DNA of 64,000 nt from IMG/VR virus record IMGVR_UViG_3300003323_000724, positions 1 through 64,000 of that record; one strand, 5' to 3'. The translations under genes and the position numbers were made by a program. A model generated the notes under the pieces. The model was not told the DNA's origin, searched no databases, and worked only from the letters and a program-made list of their open reading frames with translations. Shown in pieces: positions 45,574-56,231 of the stretch. Source of the DNA: a virus. Numbering within the stretch: position 1 is the stretch's first letter; every line of letters starts with the position of its first letter.

Positions 45574-46603
45574 ATGAGTACGACAAGGGGTTTTTGGAAG
45601 CCTTGCAAGCGGTGTGTTGGATGGGAGGGATGAAATGGAAAGTCCATATGAAGAACGCCGAAGACTCCAGTCTTTCCGAAGCGTACCAAGATGCCGCTTT
45701 GACGGCAGCTATGACTATCGGAAAATTCGTCTCCGACCTTAAGAGTCTGGGAGCGTCGATTCACAGAAAGCAGCTAGATCCCAAGAAAATCGTAACTACC
45801 AACGCTCCGGAACACGGAGGATTTTGGTGGGCAAACGAAGAAGGAAAAGGAGTTAGTTAATGAACGATTTGCCGTTACTTCAAGGAATGGGAACCGCACT
45901 GGACAGTGGAAGGAAGTTGGGATCGAGGTTGCCTTGGGTCGGATGACGGCCGATGAGGTGTACCAGTTCGGGCTGAAGTTGATTACAGAGTTGCGAGAAA
46001 CGACGTGGGAAGAGTGTCTTAATTGGATTGATGGGGGTGAGGACTAACAATGACGATGCTCGACACGCACGAGAAGTGGGCGATGTCTTTGGGGACCGGA
46101 CTCCCACTCGTGATCGCTAGTTGGATGTTTGCCTTTGCCGGGTTCTTGCCCGGCCTTCTCGCTTACATCGTTCCCGTGCTCGTTACAGCCGTTTACGTGA
46201 TTCAAGTGGGGTGTTGGGTTCAGTGGTTCAGGATCAAAGGGAGGGGGAAGAAATGGAAGTGGCGGCAGTGATTGTGGGATTGTTCATTTACGTTTGGCTG
46301 TGTCTGTTAGTTCAACGGAAGTGGCCCGGTAGTCTAGCGAATCGAATCAGGAAGGCTATTGCAGGGGAGAATCCGAAATGACCAAGAAGCTCCCGGACGG
46401 GACGGAGATTGAGTACACGGTAGCAGATTCATATGGCGGTCCCGGCAACTGTTTTTCAAATTTGAATATCAACCACAACGTAGTGTTTTGGCGATTGCCG
46501 CAGACCACTTGGGTTTCGACTCAGCACAGGAACATGCATGGGTTCACGGAATGGTTGGATTGTTGTGAGACACACTGGAGGATTTCTTGGAAGGAGAAAA
46601 GGA

Positions 46604-47554
46604 ATGACTAGTGAAATCGATCTGCTGAGGGCGTATGCGGCCAAGCCGGAAGAGGAGGAGTTCTATCGCGGGCTGCTCCTCGATTACTACTTGGAGAACG
46701 ATCCGGAGCGAGCGGAGTTCCTGAAGCTTCACAGTCAGTTAAAGGGAATGAATTGTCCGTTGCATCTTTGCACTAAGCCACTGTTTGGTGCTGACAAAAG
46801 ATTCAACTGGGCTGGGACTTGTACAGAATGTACTAAAGATTCGTGGTGTGTGTTCCATTCGGTTGAACAAGACATTGAATTGATTCTCCAAAAGAATCGC
46901 GATCGGTGGCTTCGGGTCCGCTGTCCCGAGTGCATTGCGGGCCGTGTGGTTGACGTCTCCACCGGAACCCGATCGGGCTGCAAGACGTGCATGAGTACCG
47001 GTGACCTATGTCGGTTCACCCACCCCGGAACGGCCAGTCAGGACCAATTCGATGTCGAGCGGAAGAACGGGTTCCCGTACAAGGTGACTGGGGCTAAACA
47101 CGCGGACGTGTTTAGGCAGATGACCAAATTGACCGAAACCAAATGTAAGGACTGCAACGGTTATGGGCGGGTGCGTAACGATTGGTTTGCTGGGGATGAG
47201 GGAAGCCGAAAATGCGTTCGTTGCGAAGGAATGGGACGTTTTGCCGGGTTCTCAAGTTTCTACTGGGAGCCGACAGAGGTTGCGGTTGCGTGGCTGACAC
47301 ACCACCCGACAGTGAGGGAGATCGAGGTATCTGATGTTAGGCCATTGAACGTAAGTTGGATGCCGGATATGCCCCAAGTGTTCCGGAACGATAACTGGGA
47401 ACCGCAGAGCCATTGGTGGATCGTCGGGGAAGTTTATGACCGTATGGAAACGGACAGTCTGGACACGCTGGGGACCGGGGTGGTTGCCAGAAGGTGGAAC
47501 CGCCAAGACCACAGTCGGGCTGTGGCGGACTGGGTGCGATCATTCGTGAAATAG
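46604..47554 (+). CDS. Degenerate TIGR02996 domain protein with CxxC Zn motifs
   Basis: LLRAYAAKPEEE..R.LLLDYYLENDPERAEFLKL; architecture like 13966-14877. Confidence 0.75.
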   Translation: MTSEIDLLRAYAAKPEEEEFYRGLLLDYYLENDPERAEFLKLHSQLKGMNCPLHLCTKPLFGADKRFNWAGTCTECTKDSWCVFHSVEQDIELILQKNRDRWLRVRCPECIAGRVVDVSTGTRSGCKTCMSTGDLCRFTHPGTASQDQFDVERKNGFPYKVTGAKHADVFRQMTKLTETKCKDCNGYGRVRNDWFAGDEGSRKCVRCEGMGRFAGFSSFYWEPTEVAVAWLTHHPTVREIEVSDVRPLNVSWMPDMPQVFRNDNWEPQSHWWIVGEVYDRMETDSLDTLGTGVVARRWNRQDHSRAVADWVRSFVK

Positions 47555-47621
47555 CCAGATTACGAAATTTAGTTACTTAGGCTCACCTAACCCGACGGAA
47601 TACTGTATTTTGCAAAGCCGC

Positions 47622-47649
47622 TTGACAATGGCCGATCGTGTGGCACAGT
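47622..47649 (+). promoter_or_regulatory. Phage promoter motif copy (TTGACA-N16-CACAGT), probable leaderless transcript
   Basis: The ATG at 47655 lies 5 nt after the -10 box, with no Shine-Dalgarno. Confidence 0.7.
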
Positions 47650-47654
47650 TGGGC

Positions 47655-48047
47655 ATGGAAACGACAACTACTAAAACGTGTAAGCAATTGTATGATGCTA
47701 ACCCCGTCTTCCGCGAGATGGTGGACGTATGGGTAGAACACCGGTGGTGCCCGGCCGAGATGCAGGATGTGCTCTTGGAGGAGGGATTGGAGCACGCGGC
47801 GGACTGCGCTAAGTGGTGTTACGAGACGGAGGAGCGGGAGGGTCAGATTGATAAAGGCCCCGGTAGAGTTTACCCCTATTGGGTAGCCTGGAAATCGCAC
47901 TGGTGGGTGAGAGAATGTCAAGACTACTTTCCTCATAACAAAGTACCCCCAAAGAACTTACCGTCGGTGAATGATGAAATGTGGAAGCACAGCAACCACC
48001 GAGAGGCAATCCTAGCCCTTCTCGACGCATGGAGGATCGCCCAGTGA
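47655..48047 (+). CDS. Hypothetical protein (weak TIGR02996-like segment)
   Basis: EMQDVLLEEGLEHAADCAKW. Confidence 0.6.
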   Translation: METTTTKTCKQLYDANPVFREMVDVWVEHRWCPAEMQDVLLEEGLEHAADCAKWCYETEEREGQIDKGPGRVYPYWVAWKSHWWVRECQDYFPHNKVPPKNLPSVNDEMWKHSNHREAILALLDAWRIAQ

Positions 48048-48307
48048 GTCCCGAAGACGCAGCGGCCAGGGCGTGGGAACTGATGCTCCAAGAAGAGAAC
48101 CCGATGCCGCCCGCGATCGCACGGGACTGGGTGATGGAGCAGTTGGGGTGTGAACGTGATAAAGTGCTTGAAATTCTAGTGAATCAGGCACATGACAGAC
48201 TTAAGAGTTCTCGCCCTGATGAACATGATGCCAACGTTGTGTTGGACAAGATTCGCAAGAAACAATGGGAAGAAGCAGAACGACCAGTCTTAAAATACAC
48301 ACAATAA
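48044..48307 (+). CDS. Hypothetical protein, paralog of 2411-2860
   Basis: AAARAWE...MPPAIARDWV...GCERDKVLEILV. Confidence 0.6.
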   Translation: MSPEDAAARAWELMLQEENPMPPAIARDWVMEQLGCERDKVLEILVNQAHDRLKSSRPDEHDANVVLDKIRKKQWEEAERPVLKYTQ

Positions 48308-48319
48308 AGGAGTTACAGA

Positions 48320-48628
48320 ATGCAATCTGAACTCCAACTACTGACCAAGAGCGTTCGGGAGAACCTGACCGAACTGGGAATTGACGTGCTGGCGGACAAG
48401 CTGCAAGACCTTGACAGGGAACGGGATGCGATGTTGTTGCGGAGACGTAAAGTCAGATGGCAGAAGACGATGCAGAAAAGATGGGAGTCGATGGAACTAC
48501 TCACTTGGCGGTTTAGTGAAAGGATTACGAGACAGGAGATGTTGCAGATGTCTCTGGAAGCCATTCAGCGTGACGCAACGTGGTCGATGAGTATGTACTT
48601 AACTCGATTTGAAAAGGAGCCGAAATGA
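48320..48628 (+). CDS. Hypothetical protein (weak TIGR02996-like N-terminus)
   Basis: LLTKSVRENL......VLADKLQD..RERDA.LLR. Confidence 0.6.
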   Translation: MQSELQLLTKSVRENLTELGIDVLADKLQDLDRERDAMLLRRRKVRWQKTMQKRWESMELLTWRFSERITRQEMLQMSLEAIQRDATWSMSMYLTRFEKEPK

Positions 48629-48810
48629 GCACGGAATTCAAGGTCGGTGACGTGGTGCAACTCAAGAGCGGTGGGCCAATTATGACGGTTATCGGGGACA
48701 GGGATGGAAAGTTGGTTGTGGTGTGGATGGACTGGTACGGGCATTTACAGGACGGTGTGTTTTCGGAAGTGTGCTTAAAGGAATCCAAAGGCGGATGGGG
48801 CTATAGTTGA
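48625..48810 (+). CDS. YodC/DUF2158-like small protein
   Basis: FKVGDVVQLKSGGPIMTV. Confidence 0.8.
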   Translation: MSTEFKVGDVVQLKSGGPIMTVIGDRDGKLVVVWMDWYGHLQDGVFSEVCLKESKGGWGYS

Positions 48811-48877
48811 CCGCTGAGTTCCCTTTGGGGTACACTATCTCCTCCCGTACCCCTTATTTTGCAGTGATTTAGTTCTC

Positions 48878-49651
48878 ATGGCGAACAAGAAGAAGCTCGA
48901 ATGGACCCCGCAGGTTCCCGGTGAGATCGAGTATGACATCGATCTGACGGAGGAGGAGGTTACGTTCATCAAGTGGTACTGCATAAAGCCAAACGTGGCT
49001 TACGCTTACCGCAAAACACATCCCGAGTGCAAGCAGCGGATGGAGCTGGCCTGGAAGCGGGGCACGAACCTCTATAACCGCCCCCACGTTCGCAAGGAGA
49101 TCGACGCGGCCCAGAGCGCGGTTGCGATTACGAAGGACTTGAGGACTGATGAAACCCTCATGGAAGTGAAGGCGATTGCGTTCTCGGACCCTATTGACTT
49201 GTTTGACGAGAAGGGCCAACCACTCCCACTACATGAAATACCGTTCGAGGTGCGTAAAGTCATTAAGGGTTTCAAGTTACGGTCAACCAAGACGGAAACG
49301 ATCAGCAGCGGGAAGAAGACGAAGAAGGTCACATACGAGATCCTCGAATATATCCCTTACGACAAGATCGACGCATTGCAAATCATCTGCAAGCACTTGG
49401 GGATCAACAAGGAGATCCCGCCTTTGGAGGCGCTGATGAACTTGCTGCCCAAGAACGTAGCGGAGAAGTTGCGGAAACTGCTTGCTGGGGAAGTAGTTAA
49501 GTCACAAGAACAGAGAAAAGAACCGGAGGAGAAAAAGAATGGACCGGCCGCTAGTAGTGCTCAGCAAGAAGACGGGGTACGGCAGAACTCCGGACACGGC
49601 GACGGTGTATGTGAACCGGGAGGGACTGGCGGACTTGAAGAAGTTGATTGA
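48878..49651 (+). CDS. terS: Terminase small subunit
   Basis: LT.....FI..Y....N...AY, L...P.V...I, E...IAFSD..DLFD..G...PL.E.P, DK..AL..I.KHLG. Confidence 0.85.
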   Translation: MANKKKLEWTPQVPGEIEYDIDLTEEEVTFIKWYCIKPNVAYAYRKTHPECKQRMELAWKRGTNLYNRPHVRKEIDAAQSAVAITKDLRTDETLMEVKAIAFSDPIDLFDEKGQPLPLHEIPFEVRKVIKGFKLRSTKTETISSGKKTKKVTYEILEYIPYDKIDALQIICKHLGINKEIPPLEALMNLLPKNVAEKLRKLLAGEVVKSQEQRKEPEEKKNGPAASSAQQEDGVRQNSGHGDGVCEPGGTGGLEEVD

Positions 49652-50121
49652 GTCCCTGAACACGAAAACACTGGAATTCAAAGCGGTTTCGGAAGTGGTG
49701 GGCAGGATTCCCGTGTTTCAGGACGGGGACTGGTCGTGGCTCGAAATTCGCACTTGTAGTCACGAAGGGTTCAATTGCGGTGGGAAGCCTTGTAGATGTG
49801 GGTGCCAAAAGGAATTCGAGCAGATCGAAGACAAGTACAGAGCCGCTGAAGGATTTGAGTACCGAACTGATAGGGACTGACTAATGATAATCGACCGCTT
49901 GCTCGGAGTGATGTGGATCGACACGGGAAATCAGCGTTTTTACTGGAAAACCCCACCAGATTACTACGAGTGGGGCGGTCCCAAGATCGTCCGAGAGTGG
50001 CAGCGGTTCACATCGAATTTTACCCACAAGCCCCGGTGGACGTTCTTGCAGACTGGTGCCGGGGGCGAGTTCGTGCCGGCGGATCAAGTGGACTGGTGGA
50101 CCGAAGCAATGAAGGAAACAC

Positions 50122-51141
50122 ATGGAAACCAACACGATTGACCTGCTCCGGGAAATCATCCTGAACCCGGACGATGACGCACTGCGGCTCATCTACGCGG
50201 ACAAGATCGAGGAGGATGATCCGAAGAACGCGGACCGGGCGGAATTCATTAGGTTGCAAGTAGAACGAAGCAGACTAGAGGACCAAGAGTGCAAATACGA
50301 CTGTCGATCGCGGATCGATTATCGATGCAAATGGTGCAATTCCATCGATAAGGGAGATGGATTACTAGGCCGAAACCAGCAATGGTGTCCGTGGACGTGG
50401 GACGACAATCAGCGGACTCCTTTGCCTGTTTTCTGGTCCCGTGGTTTCATCGAATCGATCTCAGTTCCGGCGGACGTGTGGATCGCGAATCACTACAAAA
50501 TCGCGTGGAACGAGGGGCAGGCCACGTGGTGCCCAACGTGTGCCGGCAAGTGCGGACACATAATGGGGACTTCGGACCAGTATCGGAGTCCGGCCAATTG
50601 CATGACCGAAGGAGAGTTTAAACGGGACGCGGGTAAAGGATGGAGGTCCCTAAAACCGCATCCGACTTGGAAACGATGTGAGCAATGTGACGGCGGAAGT
50701 GTTCCGCGACCGTTACCCAAAACCGCCCACCCGATTCGGAAGGTGGAAATCACGACGAGTCCGGCGATTAACCATGAAAATGCTCGTGATGGGCGAGAAC
50801 GTGCTTGGTCTAGCTGGGGGATTTTAAAGGAATGGTTGGACCCTAGACCTTATCCAAACGGAGGGTATTTTCCTCCCGACCGTGTTTTTGCGGTGTTACA
50901 GCAGGGTTGTGAGTATTGGTGGCCCCGCATCGAATTTACGTTCCGAGAGCGGCCGTGGGAAACAGAAAGACATTGGGTGAATGTGAACTTTGGTACTGGG
51001 GGTAGGACGGACTGGGTAGAGGCGGGAGAAGCCATTTTGGTGGGTCATCAAATTGCCGCAGATTCGCAAGGCAGAGCCGTCCGTGTTCGTGTCGGTGATT
51101 ACATTGTTGGTCACGCAATTTCAAACTCCCAGACGCGATAA
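50122..51141 (+). CDS. TIGR02996 domain protein with CxxC Zn motifs
   Basis: LLREIILNPDDDALRLIYADKIEE...RAEFIRLQVE; WSRGFIESI; HPIRKVEIT. Confidence 0.85.
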   Translation: METNTIDLLREIILNPDDDALRLIYADKIEEDDPKNADRAEFIRLQVERSRLEDQECKYDCRSRIDYRCKWCNSIDKGDGLLGRNQQWCPWTWDDNQRTPLPVFWSRGFIESISVPADVWIANHYKIAWNEGQATWCPTCAGKCGHIMGTSDQYRSPANCMTEGEFKRDAGKGWRSLKPHPTWKRCEQCDGGSVPRPLPKTAHPIRKVEITTSPAINHENARDGRERAWSSWGILKEWLDPRPYPNGGYFPPDRVFAVLQQGCEYWWPRIEFTFRERPWETERHWVNVNFGTGGRTDWVEAGEAILVGHQIAADSQGRAVRVRVGDYIVGHAISNSQTR

Positions 51142-51165
51142 TCCCTTCGCTTCCCCAATCATTTC

Positions 51166-54100
51166 ATGCTAAACTGGCTCCATTGGGACACTCAACACCA
51201 ACTCGGAGCCAGTTCGATGGCCGATCCGTACCGCCTACCCGTCTGGGACTACTCCGGGACGTTCGCTCAGGGTAAGTTTTTAGAACCCATCAAGCGACCG
51301 GACGGTAAGTGGTATTGGGCATCTGCCCTAACCCAGCCTAGACACCAGCTCGAAAACAAGGCCGAACTGACGGACTTCCTAGGCATTCATCCGGACAGCA
51401 CTGACTTCGGTTCGCACCACATCGATAGCCATTTAGGTCAACCACTCTCCTCACAGCACGTCTGGATGCACACGGGGGGTGCCGAAGGCGAACCCCCCGT
51501 GTTGGAGCAACCGGACTGGCGTCCAACGGATACAATTCCGGAAGACTTTTACGCTTACGAGGCTGCAAACGGCCCTAGCTTCGCACAGGAAGAACAAACT
51601 CAGCATCAGATAGGCAACTGGTCAGCGGGGCAACAAAACGCAATAGAGACGCAATACGGCGATTCTGGGCAGCACCCACTTGCGGATGAGGATGGTTGGT
51701 TGGTTCAGGACGAATCGAATCCCGTGGAGTTGACCAAGCTCGGACACGACGACCACTTGCGATATCTTCGTCCGTACCACAACGGTCACGATTGGGTTTG
51801 GCGAATTCATCGAATGGAACCGGAAGCAGCAGATTGGCTCGCACTCACTGAGTTGTTCGGAAAAGATCCCATGCATATGACTCCGGAAGAATTCAAGCAC
51901 ATTGGAACTCCGGACCATCAGCACCGACCCCTGACTCCGGACGAGAGGATTGTTGCCGGAATCGACCCAATGCCGGAAGTCGATTGGCGCCCCAATGAAA
52001 CCATTCCCGAAGACTTTTACGCGTTTTCCCGTGGGGAATCTCCCGTGAACTACAACTGTTACTCGTTCCACGACGTGATTGCCAAGCTCCAGCGGGCGGA
52101 CCAGCCGGTTACGTACAACGAAAACGCATTCCTCGAACAGATCCGTCAGAACCCCAATGATTTTACAAACAGGGCCGTCTTTGCGGATTGGCTAGAAGAT
52201 CAGGAACACCCGGACCGCAACCTGTTGGACGCCCTCCGATCGCACCAAGGGTTCGGAACTATCAGTCGAACCCCCCAAGGGTTTCACCTCGATACCCGTT
52301 CCCGCGCCCAACAGGTCGGCGAACGGGTCGGTCGGGCGATGGCCGAATCCGCTGCTCAGTTCGGAGATGACCTGCGAGACAGTCCGAACGGGTTTGAATT
52401 GGACTCACAGGACGCAGACCAATTACACGCGGCCGGCATAGAGTTCGGTTCTCCCGAGTGGAGGGAAGCAGAAAACCATGCCGAACGAGCGTTTTTGGAA
52501 CATTTTAACCCCCCGACACAAAACGACGGGGATGAAGGAATGGTTGATTACGGCTGGTCCGCTCCTCTCCGAACGCGGCCAAAAACGAATGCGTTGGCCC
52601 AGTTTCATGCGCCGGGGTACGAAGTGATTGAGGACCAGCCGCAGCAGATGCAATGGGAAGAGGGCTTACTGCCCCCAACGGCCGTTTCCAAGCACCCCAC
52701 GCAGGAATTTGCAGGCCAATCACTGCGGCCGAACGAACAGGGAACCGTGTGGGACAATCCGTTCCAGCCGTGGGGACAGGACTATGAGCCGGAAACGGGA
52801 CTGTTTCAGCTCCCTTATGCGGAACAATTGGACGACGGGATGTTCGATCAGGAAGGGTTTTTGTTGACTCCCAAAGGAGCGAGCCGTCGTGCGGTCCGGG
52901 GTATTCACTTCGATCCCGAAGTTGGGAATTATCGACTTCATGGGTACTGGATCAATCGGGACGATCAGGGCAATCCGCAGTGGTGGAGCAGAGGACCATC
53001 GATGTGGAAAGGACCGTCTCCCGAACACATTGAGGGCATGATCTACGAACCGGGGGACACTCGGGATCATATGCTTTTCGGTGAAAATCCGGATCGAACC
53101 CCTGTTTCTCCCGAGCACCTGTGGGCACTTGGATTAGGGGGCCAACCGCCGCAAGCCCCCGACGCACCCGATTGGAGAACTCCTGACACAGTTCCAGAGG
53201 ACTTTTATGCGTACGGGAGGGCTGATTACGGCTGGGGCCAAACTCTGAAGTCTGCGTTCGATCTCGGTAAGCAGTACTGGCCCCAGATCGCCGCAGCCGC
53301 ACCGCACGCTTGGAACGCAGCCAAGTCTTGGTGGAACGGAGAAGAAGGATCGTCCCAGCACGCCCAAAACGCTTGGGATTCTTGGAACTCGGCTACGCAG
53401 AACGATGATGATGGGGACATGGTAGGGTATGGCGACTTGTCATCCGAAAAAGCACGGGAAATTCTACATGACGGGACCGTTCACGGGCACCCGATCACGG
53501 ACAAACAGAGGCGATTCTTTGGGTGGAAATCGCACCAGACGGATTATGCTGACGAACTGAACCAGGACGAGAACAATGCGTTCATCCAAACCATCCACGC
53601 AAACCCGCTGGATGCAACGAATCACCTCGTTCATTCGGACTGGCTCCGGGACCGGGGGCACCATGATGAAGCGGAGTTCCGACAAGCGATGGGGGAATGG
53701 GTGAAGGGTTGGAACAGGATTCAAGATTTGCACAAACCCAGATTGGACCCGGATCGACCTTGGATGGTTCCGTTATCGTTTCTTCCTGGTGGAATAGTTG
53801 CCGATAACCTCCCTGGTGCAAGATTTACTGTAGCCCGTGATTACACGGAGCAGGCCAGACAACTGGACCCTCACACTGGAATGCGATTTAGAGACACGTA
53901 TCACTACCCCTCCTACCCCCACATGGAAGAAGCCTTCCGCCGGGCCTTCCATCAGGGTCGAGGGGAACAAACCCAAGCCTCGATGTACGCCGATCCGTAC
54001 CAGTACCCGAGTTTCACCGATATGAGGCTCCCGCCGGCCACTCCCGGGACGGGCGAAATGCTCGATCCCGTCCAACTCGGGTTCACCCAGTGGACCGCAC

Positions 54101-56229
54101 CGGGCGGACTCGCACGCATCGCCGGGCCACAGTTCATGCCTACCGATTGGCACTCTCCGTCAATCATGTGGAGCCAGCCGAACGGGGAGGACTACGACCA
54201 GTTCGGCCAAACTGCCGGCGATCGTGGGGAATACGCACGGGCGGACTACTTCCTTCCCGCTATTGCAGCCGCAGCGGAATCGTTAGCTCCGGCAATGGCT
54301 CGATCTGCCACAATCGGAGCTGCTTCGGACGCGGCCGGGGACCTGTTTGGCGGTGGTGATGACCAGCAAGACTACGCAGCCTACGGAATGGCCCAGTACG
54401 GCGATGAGGAAGACAACCAAGCGTTCCTGAACGCAATCCACGCCAACCCGCTCGACGCAACCAACCACCTCGTTCACGCAGATTGGTTGGACGAACGGGG
54501 GCAGCACGGGGAAGCGGCGTTTCGGCGGGCGATGGGGGAGTGGGCTGCGAGAACCAGTCCCCATCTTCTGGACGTTACTCCATCTCGTGTCGAAGGAACT
54601 CACGGAATTTCGACACGAGCAATTCCTTCGTGGGTCAACGGGAGGATAGGAGTATCCTCAACAAGCTCCGATCCAAATATCGGCTACTCCCCTAATTCCC
54701 TTTGGACTTATTTCCACGGGTTCGGTCCAATGGAAGAAGCCTTCCGCCGGGCCTTCCACGCGAACCAAAACACGGTCCAACCGGGCCAAATACCCGCCGA
54801 TCTGGGGGACGACAGCGACGTGAGGATGGGTGGGGGCGAACAACCGGTTGAGTTTGCCGCTTACAGCCAGATACACACCACTCACCCCGATGACGAGTCC
54901 GGCTGGGGCGAACCGGACTTTCGCCGGGAGGACGAGATTGCTAACTGGGTGAGTTCCCCGATCCCGCACCCGCACGACAACTTTCCGGGGACGCCGAGCG
55001 CTTACGCCGGCCACGTCAACCAACCCAACTGGGGCAACGTTGACGGAATCATGCGGGCGATTCCCGAGAACAAGTTCGTCGGTGGGAAGTACGGGTACAA
55101 GTCCGCTGCGAACTACGAGGGCGAAGAGGAAGCCTTTCAACAGGCCATTCACCAGAACCCGTTCGAGTTCGTTAACCACGGGGCATATGCGGACTGGCTC
55201 CGAGAGCAAGGAAGGCACGAGGACGCCGATTTCCGAACGAACATGGGGGAATGGATGCAATCCCGGGCAGCGGGGCATGATAATGGATTTCTTCCCGTGC
55301 CGACAGTCGTTCGGCACACGGAAGCCCCGCAGTGGGCCAAGGGGAAGATTCGCATCGAGAACATTTTCACGCCCCATGCCAAAGACGCTCCGTTCCGGTG
55401 GGACTCGCGACACGTCGGGTGGGACAGTTACCCGCAGATGGAAGAGGCTCTCCGACGTGCGCACGATTTCGTCGGTCCTCCGGTTCAGCAACACGAAGAA
55501 ACACCGAACTGGTTCCGAGATCGGGAGTACCTAAGTAATGATGCCCATCCGATGAACTACGAGCACGACTGGATGGGGCCGACGGACTATGCTCCACCGG
55601 AAAGTCTCTATGCTGCTTACGGCGATCCGGGCGACAACGGCACCACCGCATCGGCCGGGAACACGCAGGAGTGGAACTACCAGCCGAAGAATTATTGGGA
55701 AACAACCCGGTACGGCGATTTGACTTCGATGGAATATGGGGCATATTTGGGGTACGCGGACGATCAGTACGAAGACGAGCACCAGCCCGAATCGGAGATT
55801 CCAGTGGAAGAAACTACCCCGACCAGACCAGAGTTGTTAAACGGTGCTTTGGTTTCTGCTGCACTCAAGCCGTCTCGTAAGCGGGGGCCGAACGTGGGCC
55901 AATTTGATCGGGCTGCAATGGGAGCACTTGGAGACCACCTCCAAGAAATCGGGAATCCACTAGGAGTTGCCGTTTCCCATTTCGTCCGAACCGGACAGAA
56001 CATCCCGTTTTCGTCCCTGTCGGGAACTTCGGAACACGAAGTGTCAACGGCCGATGGTTCACACCAAGTGTTCGGTCGGCGTGGGATCAGTCGAGACGGG
56101 AAGCCGATTGTGTGGACTGTGATTAAGCAAAACAAACCACGCCAACACCCAGACGGACGAATTATTTGGGATAGTGACAAGTCCCACAGTTTTGCTGTTC
56201 CGGCTGAGTTGTTCGACCAACCACAATAA
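51166..56229 (+). CDS. 1687-aa modular acidic protein with four internal TIGR02996-like cassettes
   Basis: Four AF...I..NP.D..N..V.ADWL units, three DWR...T.PEDFYA repeats, and recurrent Tyr-small-residue junction motifs; 2 nt upstream of terL. Confidence 0.85.
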   Translation: MLNWLHWDTQHQLGASSMADPYRLPVWDYSGTFAQGKFLEPIKRPDGKWYWASALTQPRHQLENKAELTDFLGIHPDSTDFGSHHIDSHLGQPLSSQHVWMHTGGAEGEPPVLEQPDWRPTDTIPEDFYAYEAANGPSFAQEEQTQHQIGNWSAGQQNAIETQYGDSGQHPLADEDGWLVQDESNPVELTKLGHDDHLRYLRPYHNGHDWVWRIHRMEPEAADWLALTELFGKDPMHMTPEEFKHIGTPDHQHRPLTPDERIVAGIDPMPEVDWRPNETIPEDFYAFSRGESPVNYNCYSFHDVIAKLQRADQPVTYNENAFLEQIRQNPNDFTNRAVFADWLEDQEHPDRNLLDALRSHQGFGTISRTPQGFHLDTRSRAQQVGERVGRAMAESAAQFGDDLRDSPNGFELDSQDADQLHAAGIEFGSPEWREAENHAERAFLEHFNPPTQNDGDEGMVDYGWSAPLRTRPKTNALAQFHAPGYEVIEDQPQQMQWEEGLLPPTAVSKHPTQEFAGQSLRPNEQGTVWDNPFQPWGQDYEPETGLFQLPYAEQLDDGMFDQEGFLLTPKGASRRAVRGIHFDPEVGNYRLHGYWINRDDQGNPQWWSRGPSMWKGPSPEHIEGMIYEPGDTRDHMLFGENPDRTPVSPEHLWALGLGGQPPQAPDAPDWRTPDTVPEDFYAYGRADYGWGQTLKSAFDLGKQYWPQIAAAAPHAWNAAKSWWNGEEGSSQHAQNAWDSWNSATQNDDDGDMVGYGDLSSEKAREILHDGTVHGHPITDKQRRFFGWKSHQTDYADELNQDENNAFIQTIHANPLDATNHLVHSDWLRDRGHHDEAEFRQAMGEWVKGWNRIQDLHKPRLDPDRPWMVPLSFLPGGIVADNLPGARFTVARDYTEQARQLDPHTGMRFRDTYHYPSYPHMEEAFRRAFHQGRGEQTQASMYADPYQYPSFTDMRLPPATPGTGEMLDPVQLGFTQWTAPGGLARIAGPQFMPTDWHSPSIMWSQPNGEDYDQFGQTAGDRGEYARADYFLPAIAAAAESLAPAMARSATIGAASDAAGDLFGGGDDQQDYAAYGMAQYGDEEDNQAFLNAIHANPLDATNHLVHADWLDERGQHGEAAFRRAMGEWAARTSPHLLDVTPSRVEGTHGISTRAIPSWVNGRIGVSSTSSDPNIGYSPNSLWTYFHGFGPMEEAFRRAFHANQNTVQPGQIPADLGDDSDVRMGGGEQPVEFAAYSQIHTTHPDDESGWGEPDFRREDEIANWVSSPIPHPHDNFPGTPSAYAGHVNQPNWGNVDGIMRAIPENKFVGGKYGYKSAANYEGEEEAFQQAIHQNPFEFVNHGAYADWLREQGRHEDADFRTNMGEWMQSRAAGHDNGFLPVPTVVRHTEAPQWAKGKIRIENIFTPHAKDAPFRWDSRHVGWDSYPQMEEALRRAHDFVGPPVQQHEETPNWFRDREYLSNDAHPMNYEHDWMGPTDYAPPESLYAAYGDPGDNGTTASAGNTQEWNYQPKNYWETTRYGDLTSMEYGAYLGYADDQYEDEHQPESEIPVEETTPTRPELLNGALVSAALKPSRKRGPNVGQFDRAAMGALGDHLQEIGNPLGVAVSHFVRTGQNIPFSSLSGTSEHEVSTADGSHQVFGRRGISRDGKPIVWTVIKQNKPRQHPDGRIIWDSDKSHSFAVPAELFDQPQ

Positions 56230-56231
56230 CC

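Noticed and set aside
53575-55470. Diversity-generating retroelement (template/variable repeat pair)
   Set aside because: No reverse transcriptase in the window, and the repeats do not differ specifically at adenines.
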